The notes beneath the pieces were generated by a model, which saw nothing but the letters and a program-made list of their open reading frames with translations, was not told the DNA's origin and ran no database searches. 64,000 bases of DNA from an uncultured Actinomycetota bacterium (GTDB taxonomy: Bacteria > Actinomycetota > Actinomycetes > Propionibacteriales > Nocardioidaceae): the NCBI GenBank assembly GCA_963707475.1, contig CAVPQC010000005.1:2772603-2836602 (forward strand). Reading direction: 5' to 3'. This document shows positions 45,862 to 58,036 of this stretch, piece after piece. Both the position numbers and the translations under genes were made by a program. Within the stretch, counting starts at the first letter, position 1; the number at the start of each line of letters is the position of its first letter.

Positions 45862-47152
45862 GTGGACCCGAGACGTCGTACGCCGCGCACCGACACGGTC
45901 CTCGACGCGCCCGACGTCAGGGCCGCCTGCACGCGTCTCGGGCGGGCACGGGTCAAGGCGACCGTCGGCGAGGTGCTGGAGGCCTGCCGCCAGGGTCGGG
46001 TCGATCCGGACGACGTCCTGCCCGTCGTGCTCGCATCGCTGCCCCCGGCGGCCACCTCGTTGCGCCGGGTCCTCAACGCCACGGGCGTCGTGGTGCACAC
46101 CAACCTCGGTCGCGCCCCGCTCTCCGCCTCCGCGGTGGAGGCGGTCGCCATCGCGGCCGGCGCCACGGACGTCGAGCTCGACCTCGCCTCAGGTCGTCGC
46201 GGGCCGCGAGGGTCCGCGGCGCTGGCCGCTCTGGCCGCGGCGGTGCCCGACGCGGGCGCGGTCCACGTGGTCAACAACGGAGCGGCCGCGCTCGCCCTCG
46301 TCACCTGCGCGACGGCGTTCGGCCGCGAGGTGGTGGTGGCACGCGGCGAGCTGGTCGAGATCGGTGACGGCTTCCGGATCCCCGAGCTGGTCGAGGCGGT
46401 CGGTGGTCGGCTGCGCGAGGTGGGCACGACCAACCGGGTGCGGCTGGAGGACTACCGCCAGGTGGTCGGCGACCAGACCGCGTTCGTGCTCAAGGTGCAC
46501 CCGTCGAACTTCCGGGTGGAGGGCTTCACCTCCACGGTCGCCGTCGACGAGCTCGCCACGCTCGGCGTACCGGTGGTGGCCGACATCGGCTCCGGCCTGC
46601 TGGCACCCCATCCCCGGCTGCCCGACGAGCCCGACGCGGCGTCGTACCTCCGCGCGGGCGCCGCCCTCGTCACGGCCTCCGGCGACAAGCTTCTCGGCGG
46701 CCCGCAGTGCGGGCTGCTGCTCGGCGAGGCCGCCCTCGTGCAGCGGCTGCGGCGACATCCGTTGGCCCGCGCCCTGCGCGTGGACAAGCTGACCCTGGCC
46801 GCGCTCGAGGCCACGCTGACCGGGCCGGCGACCGCCGGTCTCGACGTCGCTCGCCACCCGTCCGGAGGACCTCCTCCGCCGCGCGGAGCGGCTGGCGGCG
46901 GCGATCGGCGAGCCGGCCCGCGCGGTCCCGTCGAAGGGGGCCGTCGGCGGTGGCGGAGCACCCGGCGTGGAGCTGCCGAGCGCCGCCGTCGCGCTTCCAG
47001 CCCGGTTGGCCGCCGCGCTGCGGCAGGGCGTCGTGCCGGTGGTCGGCCATGTCGGGGACGGCGTGCTGCTGCTCGACCTGATCGCGGTCCCAGAGGAGTC
47101 CGACGCCGCCGTCGCGGACGCGGTCCGGGCCGCGCTGGACCAGGACGCGTGA
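45862..47152 (+). CDS. selA: L-seryl-tRNA(Sec) selenium transferase, frameshift near 46830
   Basis: VLNATGVVVHTNLGRA, VNNGAAA, EVGTTN, SGDKLLGGPQ. Confidence 0.95.
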
Positions 47153-47153
47153 G

Positions 47154-48870
47154 TTGTACGTCGTCGCGACCGCCGGCCACGTCGACCACGGCAAGTCCAC
47201 GCTGGTGCGGGCGCTGACCGGGACCGACCCGGACCGGCTGGCGGAGGAGAAGCGCCGTGGGCTCTCGATCAGCCTCGGCTACTGCTGGAAGCGCATCGAC
47301 GGCGCCGGGGAGGTGGCCTTCGTCGACGTGCCTGGCCACGAGCGCTTCCTGACCACGACCCTGGCCGGGGTGGGTCCCGTCCCCGTCGCGCTCTTCGTGG
47401 TCGCGGCGGACGACCCGTGGATGCCGCAGGCGGCGGAGCACCTGGCCGCCCTCGACGCGCTCGGGGTGCGCCACGGGGTCCTGGCGGTGACCAGGAGCGA
47501 CCTCGCCGACCCGGCGACCGCCCTGGCGCGCGCCAGCGACGAGCTGTCCCGCACCTCCCTCGCGGGCATTCCCTCGGTGGTCTGCAGCGGCAGGACGGGC
47601 GCGGGTCTCGACGACCTGCGGAGGGCCCTCGTGAGCGTGCTGCGCAGCGTGCCGCAGCCAGATCCCACCGCGGACGTACGGCTCTGGGTGGACCGGGAGT
47701 TCCACGTGCGCGGAACCGGCACGGTCGTCACCGGCACGCTGCCCGCCGGCACGCTGCGGGTGGGTGACCGGCTGCTGGTCGATGGCCGGCCGGCGCGGGT
47801 GCGCGGCCTCGAGTGCCTCGGCGAGCAGGTCACGCAGGCGTCGGGCGTTGCCAGGGTCGCCGTTGCGCTCGCCGAACGGCGCGACGACACACGACCGGTC
47901 CGGGTGCTGGTCACGGAGGACGCGTTCGACGCCGTGGAGGTGATCGATGTCCGGGTCCGGGGCGGGCACTCCCTGCCCGAGCGGCCCCTGCTGCACGTCG
48001 GTGCGACGTACGTCTCCGTGCACGCACGCCCACTCGGCGACCACTTCGCCCGGCTGCGTCCGGAGCACCCGCTCCCGCTGCGGGTCGGTGACCGCGCCCT
48101 GCTCCGGGACCCCGGCGACCGGTCGCTCTGGGGCGTCGAGGTCCTCGACGTCGACCCCCCCGCCCTGCGCCGACGAGGGTCGGTTGCTCGCCGGGCCGCG
48201 GTGCTCGAGACGCTCGACGGCACCCTGGCCGCCGACCTGGCCGCCCGCGGCCTGGTCCACCGCCCCAGCCTGCGGCGAAGAGGGATCCCCGGCACACCGG
48301 TGCCGGAGGACTCGCTGGTGCACGGCGAATGGATCCTGTCGAGACCCGAGACGAACCGCTTGCGCGTCGCGCTGAGCGAGCTGCGTCGACTCCTCCGCAG
48401 CGGGCATCACGAAGGTGGCGGCCGCGGAACAGCTCGGGCTCCCCCACCCCGGTCTCGTCGAGGCACTGGTCGCGCCGCCGTTGCGCGACGTCGCCGGGCG
48501 CATCGCCCGTGGGGACGACCTGCCCGACCGGCTGGTGGCCGCCGTCACGGCGTTGCGCGACGACCTCGCCGAGTCGCCGTTCGCGGCCCCCGACGCCGAC
48601 CGGCTGGGCCGGCTCGGCCTCGAGCCCGCAGGTCTCGCGCGGCTCGCCCGTGACGGCCAGGTGCTCCGGTTGCGAGACAACGTCGTGCTGCTGCCGGGTG
48701 CCGACGACCTCGCCGTCCATCGCCTGAGCGAGCTGGAGCAGCCGTTCACGACGAGCCAGGCACGGCAGGCGCTCGCGACCAGCCGTCGCGTCGCGCTGCC
48801 GCTGCTGGAGCACCTCGACCGCACCGGAAGGACGGTGCGCCTGCCGGACGACCGGCGCCGCGTCAGGTGA
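47154..48870 (+). CDS. selB: Sec-specific elongation factor, frameshift near 48390
   Basis: TAGHVDHGKS, DRLAEEKRRG, DVPGHE; C-terminal TSRRVALPLLEHLD. Confidence 0.95.
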
Positions 48871-50608
48871 GGACCAGCACGGCGACCGAGACCACAACGC
48901 CCATCACGGCGTACGACGCGTAGTCGTTGACCGAGCCGGTGTGCGTCCGTCGTACGGCCGTCAGGACCGAGGGCTCGGGGTGTCGCACCACCCACCGGGC
49001 CAGGACCAGGCCGAACAGAAGGGTCCCGCCGATCACCAGCGCTTGCAGGGGGTCGGCGTAGTCGAACGTGGCCTCGGCGGGCGTGACCCGTCCTCCGCCG
49101 GCGAGCGTCGCCCGCGCATACTCGGCGCCGTGCACGAGCGACCCGGCAGCCGGCCGGACCACGTGGTCTAGGACCAGCGTCGGCAGGGCGCCGAAGACGA
49201 CACAGGCGCCCGCCAGCAGCCCGAACGCGACCAGCATGCCCGCGCCCGGGCGTTCGATGCGGTCGTAGTCGTCGTCGCGCCTGCGGAAGAACGCCAGGTA
49301 CGTCGCCCTGGCCAGGGCGGCGACCGTGACGACCTGCGCAATCGTCAGCACGACCAGCTCGACCGGGTGACCACCCTCGAGCGCGTGATGGACCAGTCCG
49401 AGGGAGACGTAGCCGTTCAGGGGCGGCACGCCCGCGATCGCCGCCACGCCGACGACGAACGCGACCGTGACCACCGGACGATGCCGCGCCAGACCACCCA
49501 TCTCCGACAACCGGGTCATCCCGGTGGCATGGACGATCGCACCCGCACACACGAACAGCAGCGTCTTGAACAGCGCATGGTTGATCAGGTGGTAGGTCAT
49601 GCCGACCAGCGACTCCGGTGAGCCGACCGAGAGTGCCACCGTCAGGACACCCATCTGGGACACGGTGTCGTAGGCGAGCAGCCGCTTGAGGTCGTCCTGC
49701 ACGAGCGCCATGGCAGCTCCGACCAGCGCGCTCACGCCCCCGACCACGGCGAGGAGACCCAGCACGTTGCCGCGGTTGGGTTCCTGCACGTCGAACACGA
49801 ACCGGGCGATGCCCAGCAGGCCGAGGGTCACCAACAGCCCCGAGAACAGCGCCGAGACCGGCCCCGGGGCGGCGGTGTGGGCGTCGGCCAACCACCCGTG
49901 GAACGGCACCAGACCGGCCTTGGTGCCGAAGCCGCCCACCACCAGCGCGAGCGCGACCAGGTCCGCTGTGCGCGGGGCAGCCGCCATCGACGCGTAGACC
50001 TGGCCGTAGTTGAGCGCTCCGTGCCCCGCATAGACGACGGCCACAGCGACGAACACGAAGAACGCCGCCATGTTCGTGAGCACCATCGTCTTGAACGCCG
50101 CCTCCAGCGCTGGCGGTCGCTCGAGGAAGAAGCCGGTGAGGCCGTAGCTGGCGAGCGCGGCGACCTCGAACCAGACATAGAGGTCGAGCACGTCCGCCGT
50201 CAGGGCCGAGGCGACGAGAGCCGCCACCAACAGCTGGAACAGGCAGGCATAGCCGCCCATCTCCTTGCCGCCGAGCTTGCCGAGCTCCGAGATCGTCAGC
50301 AGCAACAAGACGGCGCCGATCGCCGTGGCCAGGAGCGCGAACGTGAGGCCGAACGCATCGGCGGCGAACGTCACGCCCAGCTGAGAGCCGTCGACGGGGT
50401 GCCAGTTGCCGACGTGCTCCACCAGGACCTCCCCGCCGTACACCTGCGGCGCGAGGAGGGCGAGCAGGACAGAGCTGACGACCAGGGCGAGCATCGAGAC
50501 CGCGATCGTCAGCCGGGTCCACAGCCGGCCCAGCAGCGGCGCGGCGATGGCGCCGCAGATCGGTGCCGCGACTGCCAGGGGCAGCAGCGACGCGGACGCG
50601 CCACTCAT
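48863..50608 (-). CDS. MrpD/MbhH-like antiporter subunit
   Basis: YVWFEV, KAGLVPFHGWLADAH, DLKRLLAY, HALFK, GVPPLNG. Confidence 0.88.
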   Translation of the reverse strand: MSGASASLLPLAVAAPICGAIAAPLLGRLWTRLTIAVSMLALVVSSVLLALLAPQVYGGEVLVEHVGNWHPVDGSQLGVTFAADAFGLTFALLATAIGAVLLLLTISELGKLGGKEMGGYACLFQLLVAALVASALTADVLDLYVWFEVAALASYGLTGFFLERPPALEAAFKTMVLTNMAAFFVFVAVAVVYAGHGALNYGQVYASMAAAPRTADLVALALVVGGFGTKAGLVPFHGWLADAHTAAPGPVSALFSGLLVTLGLLGIARFVFDVQEPNRGNVLGLLAVVGGVSALVGAAMALVQDDLKRLLAYDTVSQMGVLTVALSVGSPESLVGMTYHLINHALFKTLLFVCAGAIVHATGMTRLSEMGGLARHRPVVTVAFVVGVAAIAGVPPLNGYVSLGLVHHALEGGHPVELVVLTIAQVVTVAALARATYLAFFRRRDDDYDRIERPGAGMLVAFGLLAGACVVFGALPTLVLDHVVRPAAGSLVHGAEYARATLAGGGRVTPAEATFDYADPLQALVIGGTLLFGLVLARWVVRHPEPSVLTAVRRTHTGSVNDYASYAVMGVVVSVAVLVLT

Positions 50609-50973
50609 CCGCGCAGCTCACGGACGTCATCGCTGTCGAGGGAGCGGTAGTGCTGGGCCACCCGTACGACGCCCGCGAGCAGCACCGCGGTCACCGCCAC
50701 GCCGATCACGACGGCAGTCAGCGCGATGTTCTGCAGCACCGGGTCGGCGACGTTGCCGTGGGCGAGCTCCTGCTCGGTCGTTCCGGACGGCGGGTGCAGG
50801 AGCACCGGAGCGGTGGATCCCTTCCGGTAGGCCATCGAGATCAGGAGCACGTAACCGGCCGACTCCATCAGGCTCAGGCCCATCACGATCTTCACCAGGT
50901 TGCGCCTGGTCAGGACGGTGTAGACCCCCAGACAGAACACCAGGGCCGCGGCCACGTAGTTGACCAGGATCAT
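50605..50973 (-). CDS. MrpC-like subunit
   Basis: RRNLVKIVMGL; DPVLQNIALTAVVIG. Confidence 0.88.
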   Translation of the reverse strand: MILVNYVAAALVFCLGVYTVLTRRNLVKIVMGLSLMESAGYVLLISMAYRKGSTAPVLLHPPSGTTEQELAHGNVADPVLQNIALTAVVIGVAVTAVLLAGVVRVAQHYRSLDSDDVRELRG

Positions 50974-52178
50974 TCGTCGTCCACGTCGTCCACGTCGTCC
51001 TCGTCGTCCTCGGCCCAGTCGTGCCGCATCCCGAGCAGGGAGAAGACGACGATCGTGAGCCCGGCACCGACCTCCACCAGCTCGCTCACCGAGAACGCCT
51101 GCAACATGCCTCCGCTGCGCAGGGACTGCTCCGGCCCGAGCGGGATCCAGTTCGCCGCGAACGACCCCTCCAGCGGCAGTCCGGCTGCCAGCACGCCCAC
51201 GATCGCCGCCGCCCCGATCATCTCCACGACCTCGAGGACGCGCGGGCGCACCACAGCACGAACCCGGTCGTAGCCGAAGGCCGTGTGCACGAGCAGCACC
51301 ACGCCGAGGAGCACCGCACCGGCCGGGAACCCACCTCCAGGGGAGTAGCCCTGGCTGACCAGGTACAGCCCCCCGACCAGCAGCAGCGGCAGGGCGACGC
51401 GCACCGCGGTCCGGGTCACGACGGTCATCGCCTGCGCGGTCTCGGGTGCCGGCGCGCCGAGCCCCTCCCGGTCGGGAGTCTCGGGCGCGTCCGGCGCACG
51501 ACCCTCCTCGACCCGCTCCGCTCGGCGCGCGTCGTCGCTGGACGAACCGCCACGTGGCTGGTCGACGTCCTGCTGCTCGTCGTCGGCGGCCTTCTCCTCC
51601 CCGACGAAGCCGTGCCGCGCCTCCCGGGTTCGGGTCAGGACCATCACCGCGACCACGGCGGCGAGCAACAGGAAGGTCTCGCCGAACGTGTCCATGGCGC
51701 GGTAGCCGTAGACCACGGCGCTCACCGGCTCCGTGGTACGGAAGTCCGGAAGTGCACCCGTCATCGCCCGGCGTGCCACGGCCGGCAGCTCTGCGGTCTC
51801 GTCCGGCAGGCCGGTGAACGCCACGACGAGCCCGGTGAACACCCCCGCTGACAGCAACGCCGCCGTCCACCGTCGGTGCACCGGCTCCCGACCGTGGAGC
51901 TCGCGGTCCTTCCCCGTCGACTCGTCGTCACGCTCGACCACGGTGCGGCACTTGCCGATCGCGACCAGGTAGAGCACCGGGAGCGCGATCGATCCCACCA
52001 CCACCTCGGCGTGGGCGACGTCGGGGGCTCCGAGCACGACGAAGAGCACGGTCATGCCCATTCCCGTCAGCGAGAGCGCCATGACTGCTCCGCTCAGGTT
52101 GCGCAGCCAGACGACGAGGACAGCGCCGGCGAGCACCCAGAGCAGGCAGACCACGTCGAGCACCCAGAACCAGGTCAC
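50970..52178 (-). CDS. DUF4040 + MrpB fusion subunit
   Basis: LGAPDVAHAEVVVG, YRAMDTFGE, SPGGGFPAG; internal acidic insert. Confidence 0.85.
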   Translation of the reverse strand: MTWFWVLDVVCLLWVLAGAVLVVWLRNLSGAVMALSLTGMGMTVLFVVLGAPDVAHAEVVVGSIALPVLYLVAIGKCRTVVERDDESTGKDRELHGREPVHRRWTAALLSAGVFTGLVVAFTGLPDETAELPAVARRAMTGALPDFRTTEPVSAVVYGYRAMDTFGETFLLLAAVVAVMVLTRTREARHGFVGEEKAADDEQQDVDQPRGGSSSDDARRAERVEEGRAPDAPETPDREGLGAPAPETAQAMTVVTRTAVRVALPLLLVGGLYLVSQGYSPGGGFPAGAVLLGVVLLVHTAFGYDRVRAVVRPRVLEVVEMIGAAAIVGVLAAGLPLEGSFAANWIPLGPEQSLRSGGMLQAFSVSELVEVGAGLTIVVFSLLGMRHDWAEDDEDDVDDVDDE

Positions 52179-52519
52179 GACTCCGCCCGTCGCGGCGCTG
52201 CCTCGCCGGGTCCGCGGGACACCGCGTGGCGCCACTGCGGCGTGCCCGTCTTGTACGCCGCCCGCGCCAGCGCATGTGAGGCTGCCGGGTTGAGGGTGAG
52301 CAGCAGGAAGCCGACCAGCACTGCGCGTGTGAGGTACGGCGGTGAGGCGCCAGCAGCCACCACCACGCCCGCCAGGGTCGGCGACGCCCCCAGCGTGATC
52401 GTCTTCGTGGCGGCCTGCACCCGCGTGTACAGGTCCGGCATCCGCCAGACCCCGATCGCCCCGGAGAGCGAGAAGAACAGCCCGACCGCACACAGGGCCA
52501 CGGCGATCCCGGTCCTCAC
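52175..52519 (-). CDS. MrpG-like subunit
   Basis: RMPDLYTRVQAATK; NPAASHALARAA. Confidence 0.88.
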   Translation of the reverse strand: MRTGIAVALCAVGLFFSLSGAIGVWRMPDLYTRVQAATKTITLGASPTLAGVVVAAGASPPYLTRAVLVGFLLLTLNPAASHALARAAYKTGTPQWRHAVSRGPGEAAPRRAES

Positions 52520-52776
52520 AGCAGCTCCCGCTCGAGAAGCCGCGCCCAGACCAACGTGCCGAGATAGCTGAACGACGCGGCCCAGAGCGCCACGTCGACG
52601 TAGATCGACCGGTCGGCGGCGACGGCGAAGAGCAGCAGGGACAGCGTGACCTGGGCTGAGAACGCGTTCAACGCGACGGCCCGGTCGCAGACGGTCGGGC
52701 CGACCGCGAGGCGCAGCACCAGCGGCACGGCGACCACCAGCTCCAGCGCCGCAACGGCGAGGAAGGCGGCGTTCAC
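52516..52776 (-). CDS. MrpF-like subunit
   Basis: GPTVCDRAVALN; YVDVAL..SYLGTL. Confidence 0.85.
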   Translation of the reverse strand: MNAAFLAVAALELVVAVPLVLRLAVGPTVCDRAVALNAFSAQVTLSLLLFAVAADRSIYVDVALWAASFSYLGTLVWARLLERELL

Positions 52777-53285
52777 GCGCGGTCCACGATCGCGAGCAGG
52801 CGGCGCTCGACCGGCCCGTTCACGGCGTCGTACGGCTCACCTCGTGGCACCTCGACGCAGTGGTAGAGCATCGTGCGCTCGTCGAGGTCGACGTCGATGA
52901 CCTGGTTGTCCACCACCAGCGACGTCAGCAGGCCGACCGCGCCGACCTGCCCGTCGGTCCGCGCACGCGTCCCGACGACGACCATCCCGGTGCGCAGCCG
53001 CGGGCGGGGCGTCCACACGCGCCGGGCCATCTGGAGGTTCGCGCGCGTGGAGTCGACCGCCAGCCCACCCACCAGGCGGAGCAGAGGCCCGAGCCGGCCC
53101 GGACGCAGCAGGGCCCAGGGACCGGGCACCGCGCCCAGCCGGCTGAGCGCGGCCGCTGCTCCGACGCTCAGCACCACGCCGGTCAGGAGCGACTCCACGG
53201 TCACGCTCAGGCTGAGCATCAGCCAGGCAAGGAAGCACCACGCAGCGAGACCCCGGGTGCGGGCCACGAAGCCTCGAGTCGCCAC
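52773..53285 (-). CDS. MrpE-like subunit
   Basis: N-terminal TM segments, RANLQMARRVW; canonical LTPGT motif diverged to LVVDN. Confidence 0.75.
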   Translation of the reverse strand: MATRGFVARTRGLAAWCFLAWLMLSLSVTVESLLTGVVLSVGAAAALSRLGAVPGPWALLRPGRLGPLLRLVGGLAVDSTRANLQMARRVWTPRPRLRTGMVVVGTRARTDGQVGAVGLLTSLVVDNQVIDVDLDERTMLYHCVEVPRGEPYDAVNGPVERRLLAIVDRA

Positions 53286-53360
53286 TCCCTCGGTCTAGCC
53301 GTCGCCCGGCCCGGGTGTCAGACCCCAAAGGCGGTACCGCCTGGTCCCGCGGGCGCGTGG

Positions 53361-54314
53361 CTAGCCGAGCGCCGGCAGGATCTCCTTGCCGTAGAACTCG
53401 ATCATGTCGCGGTAGTGCGGGCCCATGTTGGCGACGTACAGCTCGTCGTAGCCGGCCGCTCGGTAGGACTCGACCTGGTCCAGGTGGGCCTGCGGGTCGG
53501 GGCCGGCCACCACCGACTCGCGGGTGGACTCCTCGGTCACCAGCTGCGAGGCCTGCTCGAAGTGCCGCGGCGACGGCAGCACCTGCGCCAGCTCACCGGG
53601 AAGGCCGCTGTTCGACCACAGGCGGTGCGCGTGCCCGACGCCCTCGTCGACGGTCGGGGCGTACGCGACCTTCGCCCCGGCCTGCGCCGGCTTGCCACCC
53701 GAGCCCTCCTTGAACCGGCGAACCAGGTCGGCGTCGGGCGAGGTCGAGATGTACCCGTCACCGATCCGCGCCGCGACGTCCGTCGCCTTGGGCCCGAAGC
53801 CCGAGACGTACACCTCGGGCGGGCGGTCGGGAAGGGAGTAGATGCGCGCGTTGTCGACACGGTAGTGAGGCCCCGACTGCGTGACGAAGTCGCCCTCCCA
53901 CAACCGGCGCATCAGGGCCACGGCCTCCTCGAGCATCTCGAGCCGGACGTCGGCCGACGGCCACGGGTCGCCGAGGATGTGCTCGTTGAGGGCCTCACCG
54001 GTGCCGACGCCGAGGGTGAAGCCGCCACGCAGCATCACGGCGGAGGTCGCGGCCGCCTGGGCGATGATGGCCGGGTGCGTCCGGACCATCGGGCAGGTGA
54101 CCGCGGTGGTCACAGGGAGCTCACTGACCTGGCTGATCGCACCGATCACGGACCATACGAACGGGCTCTCGCCCTGCTCGTCGTTCCACGGGTGGAAATG
54201 GTCGCTGATCCACAGGGCGCGAAAGCCCGCGTCCTCCGCGGCTCGGGCCTGCTCCACAAGTTCGGCGGCGGTGTACTCCTCGCAGGACAGGAAGTAGCCC
54301 ATCGTCATCGTCAT
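53361..54314 (-). CDS. F420-dependent LLM oxidoreductase (G6PDH-like family)
   Basis: GYFLSCEE, ISDHFHPW, GVGTGEALNEH. Confidence 0.9.
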   Translation of the reverse strand: MTMTMGYFLSCEEYTAAELVEQARAAEDAGFRALWISDHFHPWNDEQGESPFVWSVIGAISQVSELPVTTAVTCPMVRTHPAIIAQAAATSAVMLRGGFTLGVGTGEALNEHILGDPWPSADVRLEMLEEAVALMRRLWEGDFVTQSGPHYRVDNARIYSLPDRPPEVYVSGFGPKATDVAARIGDGYISTSPDADLVRRFKEGSGGKPAQAGAKVAYAPTVDEGVGHAHRLWSNSGLPGELAQVLPSPRHFEQASQLVTEESTRESVVAGPDPQAHLDQVESYRAAGYDELYVANMGPHYRDMIEFYGKEILPALG

Positions 54315-54322
54315 GGCAGGAG

Positions 54323-54348
54323 GTACCCACGAAGGCTCGGGTCATGCC
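54323..54348 (-). promoter_or_regulatory. SigB/SigF-type promoter (near-leaderless)
   Basis: GGCAT-N15-GGGTAC, 8 nt upstream of ATG. Confidence 0.6.
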
Positions 54349-54373
54349 GGTCGTTCGCGCGCGGGGAAGAAGG

Positions 54374-55959
54374 TCACTCCCACTCGATGGTGCCGGGGGG
54401 CTTGGACGTGATGTCGACGGTGACCCGGTTGACCTCGGCGACCTCGTTGGTGATCCGGGTGGAGATCGTCTCGAGCACGTCGTACGGCAGCCGCGCCCAG
54501 TCGGCGGTCATCGCGTCCTCGACTGGTGACCGGACGGAGCACGACCGGGTGGCCGTAGGTGCGGCCGTCGCCCTGCACGCCCACCGAGCGGACGTCGGCG
54601 AGGAGTACGACGGGGAACTGCCAGATGTCGCGATCCAGACCGGCGCGGGTCAGCTCCTCGCGGGCGATCGCGTCGGCGTCGCGCAGGATCTCGAGGCGTT
54701 CGCGGGTGACCTCGCCGATGATCCGGATGCCGAGGCCGGGGCCGGGGAACGGGTGCCGCCAGACGATCTCGGCCGGCAGCCCGAGCTGTTCGCCGACCAG
54801 GCGCACCTCGTCCTTGAACAGGGTGCGCAGCGGCTCGACCAGCTCGAACTCGAGGTCGTCGGGCAGCCCGCCGACGTTGTGGTGGGACTTGATGTTGGAC
54901 GTGCCCGCTCCGCCGCCGGACTCGACCACGTCGGGGTAGAGGGTGCCCTGCACCAGGAACGCGACCTTCACCCCGGACGCGGCCGCACTGTCCCCGATCT
55001 TCTTGGCGAGGACGTCGGCCTCGGCAGCCTCGAAGACCCGGATGAACTCGCGCCCGATCACCTTGCGCTTCTGCTCGGGGTCGCGCACCCCGGCCAGCGC
55101 GTCGAGGAAGCGCTTCTCCGCGTCGACGACGTGCAGGTCGACGCCGGTCGCGGCCACGAAGTCGCGCTCCACCTGCTCGGCCTCGCCCTTGCGCAGCAGG
55201 CCGTGGTCGACGAAGACGCAGGTGAGCCGGTCACCGATCGCCCGCTGGACGACGGCCGCCGCGACCGCGGAGTCGACGCCACCGGAGAGGCCGCAGATGG
55301 CCCGCCCGTCGAGGCCGATCTGGGTGCGGATGCGCTCGATCTGCTCCTCGACGATGTTGACCATGGTCCAGGTCGGCCGGCAGCCGGCGATGTCGTGCAG
55401 GAAGTGCTCGAGCACCGCCTGGCCGTGCTCGGTGTGCATCACCTCGGGGTGCCACTGCACCCCGGCCAGCTTGCGGTCGACGTCCTCGAACGCGGCCACG
55501 GTCGCGCGCGGCGAACGGGCGTTGACGGTGAAGCCCGCGGGAGCCGCGACCACCTCGTCGCCGTGGGACATCCAGGAGACCAGCGAGCCGGGAAGGCCGT
55601 CGAGCAGCGTGCCCGGTGCCAGCACCTCGACCCGGGTGCGGCCGTACTCGCGCTGCCCGGTGTGCGCGACGCTGCCGCCGAGCGCCTGCGGCCATCGCCA
55701 TGAAGCCGTAGCAGATGCCGAACACCGGCACCCGGCCGTCGACGAGGGCCGGGTCGAGCTGGGGGGCGCCCGGCTCGTAGACCGACGAGGGCCCGCCGGA
55801 GAGGATGATCGCCTTCGGCTGCCTGGCGAGCATCTCCTCCACCGGCATCGTGTGCGGGACGATCTCCGAGTACACCTTCGCCTCACGTACGCGGCGGGCG
55901 ATGAGCTGGGCGTACTGGGCGCCGAAGTCGACGACGAGAACCGTGTCGTGAGCCGTCAC
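54374..55959 (-). CDS. guaA: GMP synthase, frameshifts near 55690 and 54520
   Basis: [44 protein letters not shown]. Confidence 0.96.
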
Positions 55960-56243
55960 GAGGTGCCTTCCTGGCCGGCGTCCGGTGAAGCAGCGAGTCT
56001 AGCCACCGCCGGCTCCGAAACTTCTTCCGGATTTCGCGCGTCCGGCACGTAACCACCCCGGCCCTCGGTCGTTGAGTATTCCGAGGCCTCGCCTACCCAG
56101 CGATCAACCCCGGGCGATACCTCGACACCGTCCGCGGTGCCCGGCACGTCCTGGGTCCTGGAGTCCCTCCCTCCCCAGTCAGGTCTCAGGTTTGACGCCT
56201 CGCGCCGCGGACGGCGTCGCTCCGGGTGACGTCCGGCGTCGCG

Positions 56244-58032
<1,789 letters not shown>

Positions 58033-58036
<4 letters not shown>

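Noticed and set aside
46452-50630. 1392-aa minus-strand ORF, and similarly 52860-55703 (+) and 15654-18227 (+) read-throughs
   Set aside because: Arg/Pro/Ala-rich shadow frames of real genes in high-GC DNA, with no recognisable domains
54349-54400. Integrase and att site at the guaA 3' end
   Set aside because: No recombinase ORF and no duplicate of the guaA terminal sequence found in the window
55960-56243. Purine riboswitch or 63-aa leader ORF upstream of guaA
   Set aside because: No recognisable aptamer consensus by eye; only a short CCTCGG/CCGAGG stem; an Rfam scan would be needed
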